Shown piece after piece: positions 8,894 through 20,200 of a stretch of DNA of 64,000 nucleotides. The notes beneath the pieces were generated by a model. It searched no databases, was not told the DNA's origin, and was given only the letters and a program-made list of their open reading frames with translations. Made by a program: the position numbers and the translations under genes. Within the stretch, counting starts at the first letter, position 1; every line of letters starts with the position of its first letter. This stretch comes from an uncultured Planctomycetota bacterium (lineage in GTDB: Bacteria; Planctomycetota; Planctomycetia; Isosphaerales; Isosphaeraceae), in NCBI GenBank assembly GCA_963737655.1, contig CAVTTN010000002.1, forward strand, positions 4,064,001-4,128,000. Reading direction: 5' to 3'.

Positions 8894-9355
8894 TCATTCC
8901 TCCATCGCCCTCGGGCCATGCATCACGTCCACGGCGACCGATTGCGGTGCCAATCCCAGGTAGGCCAGCCATCGTTCGCCAAGTCCCGGCTCCGAGTCGA
9001 TCAACTGTTCGGCCCGCCGCCCCTCGACTCCATGCTCTTCCAGCCTCGTCAGGGCCACAAGTCGCAAGGCTCGATCCACTCGTCTGGCCCCACCCTCGGC
9101 ATCTCCCATTCGGGCGAGGAGGGACCGGACCACGACCCGGAAGGCCCGATTGACCATCCCGGCCTCCGATCCAGGCCCACCGGGATGGGCGTCGATGCCG
9201 ACGCTGAACTCCTCCCGCAACGCCTTGGCGATGGCGATGATCGTCCGGCCCTCGTCGGCTTCCTCGAACCTGCCTTCCACCGGCCAGTCTTCACCGCCTC
9301 CCTTGCCGTCCATATCGAGTCCTCCCGGATCACCCATCATGGGCGACCCGAGCAT
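8894..9355 (-). CDS. Hypothetical protein preceded by an ACACCGCCCA motif
   Basis: Open ORF; motif at 9392-9401 lies 36 nt upstream of ATG 9355; start uncertain. Confidence 0.45.
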   Translation of the reverse strand: MLGSPMMGDPGGLDMDGKGGGEDWPVEGRFEEADEGRTIIAIAKALREEFSVGIDAHPGGPGSEAGMVNRAFRVVVRSLLARMGDAEGGARRVDRALRLVALTRLEEHGVEGRRAEQLIDSEPGLGERWLAYLGLAPQSVAVDVMHGPRAMEE

Positions 9356-9458
9356 CCCGATCGAGGCCCGCTTCAGGTCGCTAGACGACCTTGGGCGGTG
9401 TTTCTGCGTTGAACGGTGAAGGGAAGCGGGGTCCGTCAGCGAGGACCACTCTCGGCCA

Positions 9459-9695
9459 TCACGACTTCTGCGGCATGTCGGTGAACGGCTCGAATAGCGG
9501 AGCCAGGGACACCGCCAACGTCGTCGCAACCCGCTCGATGTTCACGAGGCTGAGGTTCTGCTCGACCCGTTCGATGGCACCGATATAGGTACGATGCAGG
9601 CCGCACAGGTCGGCGACCTCCTCCTGCGACCAGCCCCGCTCATTGCGACGCTGTCGGACCCTCGCCCCGAAGCGTTTTCGGATGTCGTTTCCCAT
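9459..9695 (-). CDS. XRE-family HTH regulator (resembles R-M controller proteins)
   Basis: FGARVRQRR...SQEEVADLCGLHRTYIGAIER..NLSLVNIERVA. Confidence 0.9.
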   Translation of the reverse strand: MGNDIRKRFGARVRQRRNERGWSQEEVADLCGLHRTYIGAIERVEQNLSLVNIERVATTLAVSLAPLFEPFTDMPQKS

Positions 9696-9879
9696 CCGAG
9701 CGACGGTACGGACGTGAATCCGATAGATCGACCGACAATGACTAGACAGTCAATAACCAGCGTACGAGAATCCGCCGCCTTATGATCCGAGCCCGGGAAT
9801 TCCGCCAGGCGACGTGGCCGTGGCGGGGCCGATCGTCGTGAGCTTCCCGAACCCGCCGCCCCACCTCGGAGCCGAAGTC

Positions 9880-11076
9880 ATGTCCTGCGCCCGGCCCCTC
9901 CTCCTCGTGTGGCTCATGAGCCTCTCGGCCCCCATGCTCCTCCCGATTGTGCGTGCCGCCGACCCGGTGCAAGCCAGCGGCATCCTCCGGGCCATCGATG
10001 CGAGAGAGGGCACGGTCATCCTCAAGAAAACCACGGGCGAGTTGCTGGAACTCCGGGTCGGGGACTCGGCGAAGATGACGCTGGACGGCAAGGCGGCGGG
10101 CCTGGACGCCCTGAAGCCGGGCATGAAAGTCGCCGTCAGCTACGATCCCGGCACCGGGACGATCCTCACGCTCAAAACCGATCGAGTCCCGGTGACTCTG
10201 AGGATCGTGATCTCGAAGGACGGCGATTGCCGGGTCTCACTCAGGAAATCGACGGACCCCGACCCGCTCAAGGCGGGAGAGCGCACGCCGCCCGTCCTTC
10301 CAGTCGTCACCGATTGCTACATCGCCCACCTGGACGATCGGCCGCTCAAGTCGAGGCACGTCGCCGGGTCCGACGATTCGGGCGGCTCGCTCGTCTTCCG
10401 GCCCACCGACCCGAAACTCCTGAAGTCCTCGGCCTCGATCTATTATCCCCGGACGTTCCGAACGCCCTGCGATCTGTCGCCGGACATCGTGGAGCTTGGG
10501 CGGAACTCCTCCATCGGCGTCCAATTCTGGACGCCGAGGTTCAACTTCCTGGTCTACGTCTGCTCGGACGACGACCTCCGTGAAAATGCGAGCGTCAGGG
10601 TGAGCCTCGACATGCGGGAGGAGGCGAAGGGGATGGTTCGGAAGCTGTTGATCGAGAAGCCCGTCGAGATCGACCATCCCGAAGAACTCGCCTTCCGGCT
10701 CCCCCAGGTCGGCCGGGAACTCGGGAAGCCCCTGACCTTGTGCATTGTCGTGCGTGCCAACAACGGCAAGAAGCCAGCAGAGACGCTCCAGGACACGGCG
10801 GTTGCCCTCAAGGGCATCGTCCTCCGTGCGGCCAAGGAGAAGGCCCTCGGACTGACCCTGGAGTCCAGGCGTGACGCCGTGTTTGTGAAGAAGGTCGAGT
10901 CGGATGGATTGGCGGCTCGGGCCGGGATGTTGACCGGGGACGAGATCACGGCAGTGGAGGGCCGGAAGGTCGGGCATCCCTGCGATGTTGGGATGAGCCT
11001 GGGATTTCCGACCGAAGCGAACCTCACCGTCCGGCGAGGAGGGAAGGAACAGCCCATCAAGCTCAAATTGGACTGA
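9880..11076 (+). CDS. Exported protein with C-terminal PDZ domain
   Basis: Signal-like N-terminus; LGLTL...VKKVESDGLAARAGMLTGDEITAVEG; start uncertain. Confidence 0.7.
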   Translation: MSCARPLLLVWLMSLSAPMLLPIVRAADPVQASGILRAIDAREGTVILKKTTGELLELRVGDSAKMTLDGKAAGLDALKPGMKVAVSYDPGTGTILTLKTDRVPVTLRIVISKDGDCRVSLRKSTDPDPLKAGERTPPVLPVVTDCYIAHLDDRPLKSRHVAGSDDSGGSLVFRPTDPKLLKSSASIYYPRTFRTPCDLSPDIVELGRNSSIGVQFWTPRFNFLVYVCSDDDLRENASVRVSLDMREEAKGMVRKLLIEKPVEIDHPEELAFRLPQVGRELGKPLTLCIVVRANNGKKPAETLQDTAVALKGIVLRAAKEKALGLTLESRRDAVFVKKVESDGLAARAGMLTGDEITAVEGRKVGHPCDVGMSLGFPTEANLTVRRGGKEQPIKLKLD

Positions 11077-11284
11077 ACCGCCGAAGGCCGTTCGATCCGA
11101 CGAGGCTTGCGGTGATGACGATCAGTTTGGGTCCGAGCCGGAACTGGCCCTGTCGCTGAGCCGTAGGGGCAAGTAGAGGTCGCTCACCATCCCTTGTTAT
11201 TGAGGTGGCTGGACAGAATCGAGGACACCGCCCAGGTCGGTCATGTTGTTCCGACGGCGATGAAGACCCAGCGAGGAGAGACTC

Positions 11285-12145
11285 GTGGCACAAGAGTGGT
11301 TCTACGCACGAGAAGGCCAGAAGACCGGCCCCGTCTCAGCGAAGCTACTGCGGGAACTCGCAGTCTCGGCCGATCTCCGGCCCGACGATCTCGTGTGGTT
11401 GGAGGGCATGCCCGAGTGCAGGAAGGCGGGGACCCTCCAGGGGCTGTTCCCTGTGGCTAGCGCCGTCGAGCGACCGAAATCGCCTCCGCTCCCGACCTAC
11501 TCGCCATCGCTGCCGCAGGTCGCCACGTCGACCGTCGCCGGGTTGGACAGGTCCGAACCAGCCTCCAAGACGAGGGGGCGCTGGAACGGCGTCCTGGGAC
11601 TCGTGTCGATCCTGGTCGTGTGCGGCATGATCCAGCGAGGATACGTCTGGTTGTCTGGGCCGAAGGATAACTCCCAGGACGGGGCCGAGGAGAAGCTCGG
11701 CTCACCGGAGCGACAGGCAGGCCCGAATCTGAGCCAATCGTCCCAATCCGGCCCACCCACCGGCTCCAGCACGCCCCAGCAGGGCCAGTCGGGCAGCCTC
11801 GACACCGAAGCCGCACGAAACGCCCGGTTGTTCGTTACCCAACTCCCGTCGAGCGCAGCTAATTCACGTTTTGCGGGGACGGCGATGCAGGTCAGGGGCG
11901 AATGGGATGAAGCAGGAGGCACAGACCCATATTACGTTTACGTGAGACATCCATTGGAGCCAATAAGTAAAACTGTTATTTCCGTGGATCGAACATTTCC
12001 AAGCGATGAACAAGACGAGAGGTGGCGCAATCCTTACGGTGTCGGGGAAGTACAGAAGCTCCGAGAAGCTCCCACAAATCTGGATTGTTCAATTGGAAGA
12101 ATGCATGCTCGTCGATCTAAAAGGTTCAAAGATCTCGACTTCTAA
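11285..12145 (+). CDS. GYF_2 (DUF4339) domain membrane protein
   Basis: EWFYAREGQKTGPVS...LRPDDLVWLEGMPE; one TM; SD GAGGAG; motif copy at 11225-11234. Confidence 0.8.
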   Translation: MAQEWFYAREGQKTGPVSAKLLRELAVSADLRPDDLVWLEGMPECRKAGTLQGLFPVASAVERPKSPPLPTYSPSLPQVATSTVAGLDRSEPASKTRGRWNGVLGLVSILVVCGMIQRGYVWLSGPKDNSQDGAEEKLGSPERQAGPNLSQSSQSGPPTGSSTPQQGQSGSLDTEAARNARLFVTQLPSSAANSRFAGTAMQVRGEWDEAGGTDPYYVYVRHPLEPISKTVISVDRTFPSDEQDERWRNPYGVGEVQKLREAPTNLDCSIGRMHARRSKRFKDLDF

Positions 12146-12379
12146 CGACCGATCACGAGCTTCGAGCCGACGATTCCTCGATCGGGCCTTGTCGCTGAGT
12201 CGATACTATGATCTCAAGAATACGCAATTCTTACACGCCGAGGCCGGAAGTCGGCTCGACGTGATTCAAGCGGTCTTGGTCCTGGTGGTGAGTTCCCAGG
12301 AGGCCCCGTCGAAAAACCAAGTGCCAGTCACGGAAGAGGCCCGGAGTCGCTGGCTCCAGGGGCAAATAACAACGCTTTC

Positions 12380-13147
12380 CGCATCTTCATCGACGAGATC
12401 GACAAGATCGCACGCCGCCCGACGAATGGCAGGGACGTTGGCGGACAGGCGGTCCAGCAAGCCCTCTTCAAGATGATCGAGGGGCTCGATAGTGAATGTG
12501 CCGCCTCATGGGGGCAAGAAGCACGCCGAGCAGATCGGGATACCCGTAGACACAACCAACATCCTGTCCTTTTTCGGGGGTGCCTTTGTCGGATTGGATG
12601 ACATCGTCTCCCGTGGAAGGGGGAGTGGACGAGTCTCGTTCGGTTTTGGACAGTCACCGAGAGCGACAGAGGACGAAGGGGACGGGCTCCTGAAGCACAT
12701 CTTGCCTGGAGACCTGGAGGCGTTCGGGCTGATCCCGGAATTCGTCGGTCGCATCCCGGTCCTTGCCACGCTTGATCGCTCGACGAGGAGATGCTGGCCC
12801 GCATCTTGACCGAGCCGAGGGACGGGCTGATCAGGCGATTCAGGAAGTTGTTCCAGATGCTCGGCAGCGACATGGAGTTGATGACCACGGCAATCCGGGA
12901 GACGGCCAAGCTCGCCCTCCAACGGGGCACCGGGGCCAGGGGTTTGCGGGCCATAGTGGAGGAAATCCTGGAAGAGCCGCTCTTCGAGATTTCCGATGGG
13001 CAAACACGCAAAATATTCATCATCAGCCCCGCGAAGGTGCGAGGTGAGGAGACGGCGATCTCGATCGGCCTCCCGGCGATCGAATCCCGTAAGCCTGACC
13101 AGTCAACCGATTTGCAATCTCGGTCTCGGAGGTCGTTCCGTCGCTAG
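12380..13147 (+). pseudogene. clpX: ClpX-like ATPase, C-terminal remnant with frameshifts
   Basis: [67 protein letters not shown] spread over different frames. Confidence 0.85.
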
Positions 13148-13552
13148 AGTTGACAACGATTGTCAATCGACTTCGATACGAGGGAATCCTGCCCGGTATG
13201 GGAGTTCGGCCGAGACTCAGATCGTGAGATGGTCCCTCCTCGAAGGCCGGATGATCCTGCTGCTGGCGTAGCGAGCATGGACCGACCGAGGGCCGTTTTC
13301 TCGCAGGAGACGGGGGATCACGATGATTGGCGAGTTCGCAGGCTAGCTTGATCACGATGGCTCGATCAGCCGGTCATCCTTTACAAGAATTCTAAAGGAT
13401 GACCGGCGTCTCCTCGTTTCGTCGGGGTTTGGTGCCGAAATCGCCTCCCGGCCTGAAGCCAGGAGACACCGCTTCTCATGGCCTACCGAATCGGCCGTGA
13501 ATTTGGGCACTGAGCCACTTCCCGACGCCTTCTTGGTCAATGGCGTCGATCC

Positions 13553-14209
13553 TCACCACAACCCCGGCACGAGCCGATACCGCACCCGTGCGGCATACCC
13601 GTCGTAGCCGTCGAGATCCGCACGCAGCGTCCGGTCCTCCACCGCCGTGCGCCGCAGGAACAGGGCGGCGAAGGGGGCCAGCGGCACCAGCGACCACAAC
13701 GAGCCCAAAGCGAATCCGCCGCAGGTCGAGGCGAGGATCGCCCCGACGTAGCCGGGGTGCCGCACGAAGCGATAGGGGCCGGACGTGACCAGCCTGTGAC
13801 CCCGCTCGTGCTGGATGCGGGCCACCGGCGAGAAGTAGCGGTTGTTGGGCATGGCGGCCACCGACAGGGCCATGCCGAGGGCGTAGCCGATCAGGGCGAG
13901 GGCCTGGATGCCGGATGGCAGGGGCCGGGACCAGTGGAAGCGGCCGACATCCAGCCCGGCGACGATCAGGTGGGCGAGGAGGAACGGCATGGCGATGAGC
14001 CGCAGATACCGATCCCGCCCCCCCGGCCCAGGCTCCAGTCGTTCCCGCCGCCGGTCCGGGTCGATGGAGGACATGCCGATTGTCAGGAGGCCGGAGTGGA
14101 CGGCGAGGACGGCCCAGAACCAGGTCAGGTCGATGCGGCCCGCCGAGGCGAACAGGGTCGCCGCCAGGACGCCTTCCACGATCAGGACTCGGAGGATCAT
14201 CGCCATCAT
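13553..14209 (-). CDS. Isoprenylcysteine carboxyl methyltransferase (Ste14) family membrane protein
   Basis: HRLVTSGPYRFVRHPGY...EDRTL...YAARVRYRLVPGLW. Confidence 0.9.
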   Translation of the reverse strand: MMAMILRVLIVEGVLAATLFASAGRIDLTWFWAVLAVHSGLLTIGMSSIDPDRRRERLEPGPGGRDRYLRLIAMPFLLAHLIVAGLDVGRFHWSRPLPSGIQALALIGYALGMALSVAAMPNNRYFSPVARIQHERGHRLVTSGPYRFVRHPGYVGAILASTCGGFALGSLWSLVPLAPFAALFLRRTAVEDRTLRADLDGYDGYAARVRYRLVPGLW

Positions 14210-14422
14210 TCGCTCCCCGTGGTTCCACGCCGAACCGTTAATCTCGGCGTCATTCTAGGCGCAATTTCGACTGAGTCAATCATTTATTTTGGAATACCAA
14301 AATCCCGTGTCTCATGTCGCCCGACTGACGGTCGATGACCGGATGAGGCCGGTCAGGCGTGGCCAATCACCCTCAGCACCTACAATTCTCCGGGGCGAAG
14401 TAGGACCGTTCGGAGGGCGGGG

Positions 14423-14937
14423 ATGCGATATCTCATGGGGGCTCGGGTACGGCCCGGTCGTCGTGCCGAGCTGCTAAGGCGTTGGAGGACGGGAGCTTCG
14501 GCCGGGGCTTCCCCTACGGCGACCTGGGCGAGTTGCTCCGCACGGGCCGGGTGGACGCCATGGCCACGATCCGCTGGGTCGAGGTCTGCTACTGCCGGGA
14601 ATACTACGGCGTGGCGATGCACGAGGAACTCCCCTACCTGGAGGAGTACCTCACCGACATCGAGGTCGCCGACGCCCGCAGCCCGCTCCACGGCGAGGGC
14701 TATCCGGCCTGCAACGACTGCGACTTCACCCGCAAGGTGCGTTTCCACGGCGAGCCGCTCATGGACCACCTCCGCCGCAACCCGGTCGGGGAGGATTCCA
14801 ATAATCCCGAGATTCGCCCGACCCGATGGACGGGCTGGCTCGGGGTGGTGATCCCGGAGGAGATGGACCGGAATCGGGCGGCGGTGGAAGGGGGTGGGCC
14901 TCGGGACGCATCGGAGGAACAGGACGACGCCGGGTGA
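14423..14937 (+). pseudogene. Conserved hypothetical protein with a frameshift near 14480
   Basis: MRYLMGARVRPGRRAELL continues in another frame as LEDGSFGRG...WVEVCYC...EELPYLEEY. Confidence 0.6.
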
Positions 14938-15016
14938 CGACGGACTCGCTATCATCTAGCTGAGTCGGCCCCGGTCGGGGTCGTGACCGATCCGTCGTCC
15001 GAGCGAGGCGTGCCCG

Positions 15017-15883
15017 ATGAGAATCCTCGTGTGTGTCCTCGGTGTCCTCTCCGCCTGCTCGTCGGCCCAGGCCGATGATCCCAGTCCCTTCCCCGGCAAG
15101 TCGAGCCGGTGGGAGGGCTTCGTCCGGCACGACTTCCGGGTGGACGGGGCCGACGTGATCGTCGTCGAGCCCGACAAGGCCCTGCCGGGGCGACCCTGGG
15201 CCTGGCGGGGCGAGTTCTTCGGGGCCTTCCCGAACGCAGACATGGCTCTCGTGAAGGCGGGCTGGCACCTGGCCTACATCGGCGTCCCCGATCAGTTCGG
15301 CTCTCCGAGGGCGATGGCCCGCTGGGAGAGGTTCTCCGACGTGCTGGTCAAGGACCATCAACTGAGCCCGAGGCCCGCCCTGATCGGGTTGAGCCGGGGT
15401 GCCCTCTACTGCCTGGCGTGGGCCTCCGCACACCCCGACAGGACGTTGCTCGTCTACCTCGACAACGGCGTGTGCGACTTCCGAAGCTGGCCGGGGGGCA
15501 GGCCCAAGGGGCTCGGCACGGGCAAGGGCTCGCCCGAGGAGTGGGCGAAGCTCCTGAAAGCCTACGACTTCAAGGATGACCAGGAAGCCAGAACATCCAG
15601 ACTCAACCCGGTGGAGCGCCTGGGGCCGATCGCCGGGGCGAAGCTCCCGGTCCTGCTGGTCTACGGCGACAGCGATCAGGTCGTCCCGCACGGGGAGAAC
15701 TCGGAGGTCGTGTTCGACCGCATCAAGGCCCTCGGCGGCCCGGTGGAGCGGATCGTCAAGCCGGGACAGGACCACCACCCGCACGGCCTGACCGACCCTA
15801 CGCCGATCCTTGAGTTCTTCGAGAAGGCGAGGAAAGCGAGCGGGACGGCCTCGTCGGCTCGTGAGGAGGCGTCTCGGCGGTGA
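15017..15883 (+). CDS. Exported alpha/beta hydrolase
   Basis: Signal peptide; GLSRG nucleophile elbow; VYGDSDQVVP; HHPHG. Confidence 0.85.
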   Translation: MRILVCVLGVLSACSSAQADDPSPFPGKSSRWEGFVRHDFRVDGADVIVVEPDKALPGRPWAWRGEFFGAFPNADMALVKAGWHLAYIGVPDQFGSPRAMARWERFSDVLVKDHQLSPRPALIGLSRGALYCLAWASAHPDRTLLVYLDNGVCDFRSWPGGRPKGLGTGKGSPEEWAKLLKAYDFKDDQEARTSRLNPVERLGPIAGAKLPVLLVYGDSDQVVPHGENSEVVFDRIKALGGPVERIVKPGQDHHPHGLTDPTPILEFFEKARKASGTASSAREEASRR

Positions 15884-16323
15884 CCGGGCGAGCCAGGGGG
15901 AATCTGCGTGTACTCGCCGACACGAGCGTCATCCAGGATACCGGCTCTCGCCCGGCTCAGGGGCCTGCTGGATCGGGTGCGGCTCGATCTGCCGCTCCTC
16001 CCGATACCAGACGACCCCGGCCTCCCGGCCCATCTCGACGGCCCATTCCATCACCGACTGCCCGACGAGGCGAGGGACACCCTAGTCGTCGGGCTTCACC
16101 GGGTCGCCCACGACCGGGACGCTGACGTAGGCGTACTCGACGGTCGTCCTCATGAGTCGAACGCCGATGGAAAAGGTCGCCTCGCCTTCGGGGATTCTCA
16201 TCGAGGATTCCCTCAAGAATGTCGCCGTCCGGGATTCGGCTCCCAACCGCTTCTCCGGTTCACCTCCACGGCTCCGATCCGGTTACCTCGCGGCCTGGCG
16301 TCTGAATCCCGCCCCGCCTGCGA

Positions 16324-16824
16324 TTACTTCCGTCGCCTGGACCGGGATCGTGGGGTGGCCGGGAAGGCGGGCGTCGCCGCCGGGCCCGGGCGGTGGGGCT
16401 CGTAGCGGCGAGGCCCGCTCCCCTCGCTGATCACGTCCAGGGCCACGAAGTCCTCGCCCCCGAGCCGCAGCACCTCGATCTGGCCCTGTGCCATCATGTC
16501 GAGGATCTGCTCCGGCCTCATGCGGAGGTAGCGGGCCGCCTCCGTGACCGAATTGTGCCTGATCGAGATGCCCATGATCGCCCTCCGGTGAAATTGTGGG
16601 AGGGTCATCGTAACACGAACCCGATCGCCCTTGCTCGGCTTCCCGTCGGCGCCCTCGATCGGTACGTATTGATTAACGAGCCAGGATTCGATCTGGGGCG
16701 TTTTCGGGCGATCCGGCCCTTGGAGGTCAACCGAGGGCCGTGGACCTCGTGGCGAGCCTTGCAGACGCCTTATTTCGATTCCTAAATGCTTGAGTCTCGC
16801 CTTCATGGAAATTCGGCCACTCAT
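16324..16824 (-). CDS. Hypothetical protein with C-terminal excisionase-like HTH
   Basis: SVTEAARYLRMRPEQILDMMAQGQI. Confidence 0.55.
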   Translation of the reverse strand: MSGRISMKARLKHLGIEIRRLQGSPRGPRPSVDLQGPDRPKTPQIESWLVNQYVPIEGADGKPSKGDRVRVTMTLPQFHRRAIMGISIRHNSVTEAARYLRMRPEQILDMMAQGQIEVLRLGGEDFVALDVISEGSGPRRYEPHRPGPAATPAFPATPRSRSRRRK

Positions 16825-17434
16825 TTGTCCCTGATCGTCGGGATGTGGCCCGTCTTGACGAACTCGGCCTCCATCACCGCCCTCGCATAGTCGGCCTGGT
16901 CCTTGGTGACCACGACGGCATCGTGGATGGTCCCGAGGAAGATCTGGGGCCGTTCGAGTGCGATGCGGCGACAGATCCGCTCGTAGGAAGTGGGACTCCA
17001 CCTTCTGCATCAACCGGGCCGCACGCTGGTACTGGCCGTGCTTGAGACCCAAGAGCATGTCGAAGACGGTCGGGAAGAGCCTCTCGAAGACCTTCCCCTC
17101 GGGGGAGTGCCTCTGGGCGGGGATCGTCCCGTAGAAGACGCTTTGGAAGAGGCGTTTCTTGAAAGCCTCTCGATCGACTGGTTGTCCGAGTTCTTCCATC
17201 TTGGTCTCGTAGAATTCCCCCGATTTCACAAGGGAGAGGTAGCTCTCCACGTCGCTATTGTCTCGTTCCTCTGGAGCCTCATCTCTTAATTGTTTCGTTT
17301 TATTGTCTATCTTATTAGCTTTTTGGAAGTTACGTTTATTCTCTCCTTGAAAGCGGGATCGTATTGGACCTGTCCCCGCCCCTCTCCCCCCCTCTTTCTT
17401 CAATTTTTGATTCTTCAATGGGAGAAAAGGGAAG
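16821..17434 (-). pseudogene. Family A DNA polymerase-like C-terminal fragment, frameshifted, cut by IS66
   Basis: REAFKKRLFQSVFYG...FERLFPTV...LMQKVESH, then after a frameshift near 16985 GTIHDAVVV (motif C-like). Confidence 0.6.
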
Positions 17435-17491
17435 GTAGCCGTTCACAGCCTGGGGGTTGTCAAATCCGCATGAGACCACTATCTTCGAGCG

Positions 17492-18941
17492 ATGGCACCG
17501 ATGCCTCCGCTCCCAGAATCGTTGTGGAAGGCGGCCTCGCCTGAGTTGCAGGCGGGGGGCATCGCGCTCGTCGAGTCCTACGAGGAGCGGATCGCCGGCC
17601 TGGAGAACCGGCTCGGTGATCTTGAAGCCCGGCTCAAGCTCAACTCCACCAACTCGTCCAACCCCCCCTCGTCCGATCCGATCGGGATGAAGCGGAAGCC
17701 CCCGGCCCCTCCCACCGGGAAGAAACGCGGCGGCCAGCCCGGACATCGTAAAGCTCAGCGCATCTTGGTCCCGCCCGAGCAGGTCCGCGAGACGTTCGAC
17801 TGCAAGCCCGACGCCTGCCGTCGGTGCGGTCAGGAACTCGCTGGCGACGACCCCCAGCCCGTGATCCATCAAGTCGCCGAACTGCCCAAAATCGAGCCGA
17901 TCGTCGATGAGTATCGGCTCCATCGCCTGACCTGTCCCGCCTGTCGCGCGACGACCTGCGGCTCGTTGCCGGCGGGTGTCCCGACCGGGTGTTTCGGCCC
18001 ATACCTCCGGGCCGTGCTGGCGATGTTCGCGGGGGCCTATCGCCTGAGCAAACGGCAGATCCGCCGGGTCGTCGCCGACGTGTTTACGCTCTCGATCTCC
18101 ACCGGCATGATCTCCAAGCTGGAACGGCAGTCGGCCGCCGTCCTGGAGGCCCCCTACAACGAACTCGCCGTCGCGATTTATCACGCCGCGGCGACGAACA
18201 TCGACGAGACGTCGTGGCGCCAGCGGCTCAAGAAGGTCTGGTTGTGGGCGACGGTCAGCCCCCTCTTCACCGTCTTTACCATCGCCCGGAACCGCAGCGG
18301 CGAGGTCGCCAAGGCGCTCTTGGGGAGCCAAGACGGTCAGGTCGTCGGTAGCGACCGCTTCAGCGTGTATGACTGGATCATGGCGCGGTGGCGGCAGATC
18401 TGCTGGGCGCACCTCCGCCGGGATTTCCAGGCGATGATCGACCGGGGGGGCGCTGGCGAAACGGTCGCCCGGCGGTTGCTCTCGTTGTCGAACCGGTTGT
18501 TTCATCACTGGAACCGGGTGCGCGACGGGACGCTGGAGTGGGGCCCGTTCCAGGAGCGGATGAGCCGCCTTCGTCGGGAGGTCAAGCGAGCACTCGAGGA
18601 CGGTTCGCGGTGCCCGTGCGCGAGGACGACGGCGACGTGCTTCGAGATCCTCAAGGTGGAGGAGGGTTTGTGGACGTTCGCGCGTCAAGGGTGTCGAGCC
18701 CACGAACAACGCGGTCGAACGTGCGTTGCGCCACGCGGTGATCTGGCGTCGGATCAGCGGCGGGACCGACAGCGCGGACGGGAGCCGGTTCGTGGAGCGC
18801 ATGCTGACCGTGGTCGCGACCTGTAGGCAACAGGGGCGCAACGTCCTGGATTACCTGACCAGGTGCTTTGAAGCGGACTGTCGTGGCCAAGTTTTCCCCT
18901 CTCTTCTGCCGGTCACCACGGCCAAATCCGACGCCGTGTAA
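17492..18941 (+). pseudogene. IS66-family transposase, frameshift near 18684
   Basis: NSTNSSNPPSSD, GGQPGH, CRRCG, IDETSW, QICWAHLRRDF; EPTNNAVERALR lies in the shifted frame. Confidence 0.92.
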
Positions 18942-19090
18942 TCCCACTTATCCCACCCTGTAAATGACATCTCTGGGTCAAACACAGCGCGGCCTGTATT
19001 AACAAGTCGTGAAAGGCAGTTAACCGCTGGAGGGACCCCGCCTTCGACAGCTCGGATCCTCTGATCAACACCGACGGAGAGGGACCGGCA

Positions 19091-20200
19091 ATGAGAGAGA
19101 TGCTTGTGGCGGTGGTCGCTGTGAACCTGGCGGCCGTGACGAACGCCGGACGCGCGGACGAACCGCCCGCGCCGGTCGTGCTCAAGGGGAACACGAAAGA
19201 CGTACTGACGGTGGCATGGGCCGCCGATGGGAAGTCCCTGGCGACCGGCAGTTACGACCGGACGGCCCGGGTGTGGGACCCGGCCACCGGCCAGCAGACC
19301 GCGCTCCTGCCTGGTCTCGCCCCCGAGGGAGTCAACGTGCTGGTCCTCGCGTTCAGCCCGGACCTCAAGGTCGTGGCGACGGCTTACCGGGGCGATGTCA
19401 CGCTCCGCGCCGTGCCCGATGGCAAGGTCCTGGTCAAGTTTGACGCGATCCTCGACCGCAAGGTTGAGCCTGCGTTCCCGGAGGACGTGTATGCGATGGA
19501 GTACAGCCCGGATGGGAAGAGACTTGTCACGGGCGGGTCGGTCGCCCCGCCTGTCAGGGGTGGCACGATCGGAGGAATCGCGATCGTCTGGGACGCGGAG
19601 ACCGGTAAGCTCATCCACAAGTCCAAAACGCTCCAGACGGCCGTCTGTTCGGTGGCGTGGGGACCGGACGGGAAGCGGTTCGCGGCCGGGACGAACGGGA
19701 CAGGCGGGGAGGGCGAAGAGGAGGGCGAACTGGGTGTCTGGGACGCCGATACGGGTAAAAATCTCGACACATTCAAGCTCAAGCAAAACGAGAATCCGAT
19801 CTGGTTGTCGGCCGGCGACGTGGCCCTGGGCCCGGACAGTAAGCGGATCGCGGTCCCGCTCACCGTCAGCAGTCGGGGCAATCCGTTCGGGGCCGGGCTC
19901 GAAGACAGGGGTGGACCGATTCGGATCTGGGACCTGGGAGCCGGCAAGCCCGCCAAGCTGGTGAAGGAACTCAAGACGTCGATGAAGTGGGTGGTGTTCA
20001 GCCCGGACGGCAAGTCCCTGGCGGGGGGAGGCGAAGGCAATTTCGTGAAGGTGTGGGACGTGGAGACGGGGGACGAACTCGCTGCCCTGCCGTCTCCCGG
20101 CGGGATCAGCGCGATCGCGTTCAGCCCGGACGGCAAGTCCCTGGCGGGGGGAGGCGGTGACGGATCGGTCCGGATCTGGGCGATGCCGACAGCGAAGTGA
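19091..20200 (+). CDS. Exported WD40-repeat protein
   Basis: Repeated AFSPDGKSLA...VWD; a 38-bp exact duplication at 19996-20033 and 20119-20156. Confidence 0.92.
   Translation: MREMLVAVVAVNLAAVTNAGRADEPPAPVVLKGNTKDVLTVAWAADGKSLATGSYDRTARVWDPATGQQTALLPGLAPEGVNVLVLAFSPDLKVVATAYRGDVTLRAVPDGKVLVKFDAILDRKVEPAFPEDVYAMEYSPDGKRLVTGGSVAPPVRGGTIGGIAIVWDAETGKLIHKSKTLQTAVCSVAWGPDGKRFAAGTNGTGGEGEEEGELGVWDADTGKNLDTFKLKQNENPIWLSAGDVALGPDSKRIAVPLTVSSRGNPFGAGLEDRGGPIRIWDLGAGKPAKLVKELKTSMKWVVFSPDGKSLAGGGEGNFVKVWDVETGDELAALPSPGGISAIAFSPDGKSLAGGGGDGSVRIWAMPTAK

Noticed and set aside
9738..9752. C-box upstream of the controller-like XRE gene (TGACT-AGAC-AGTCA)
   Set aside because: Spacer is 4 nt rather than the usual 3, it is a single site, and no adjacent R-M genes were seen; too weak to call
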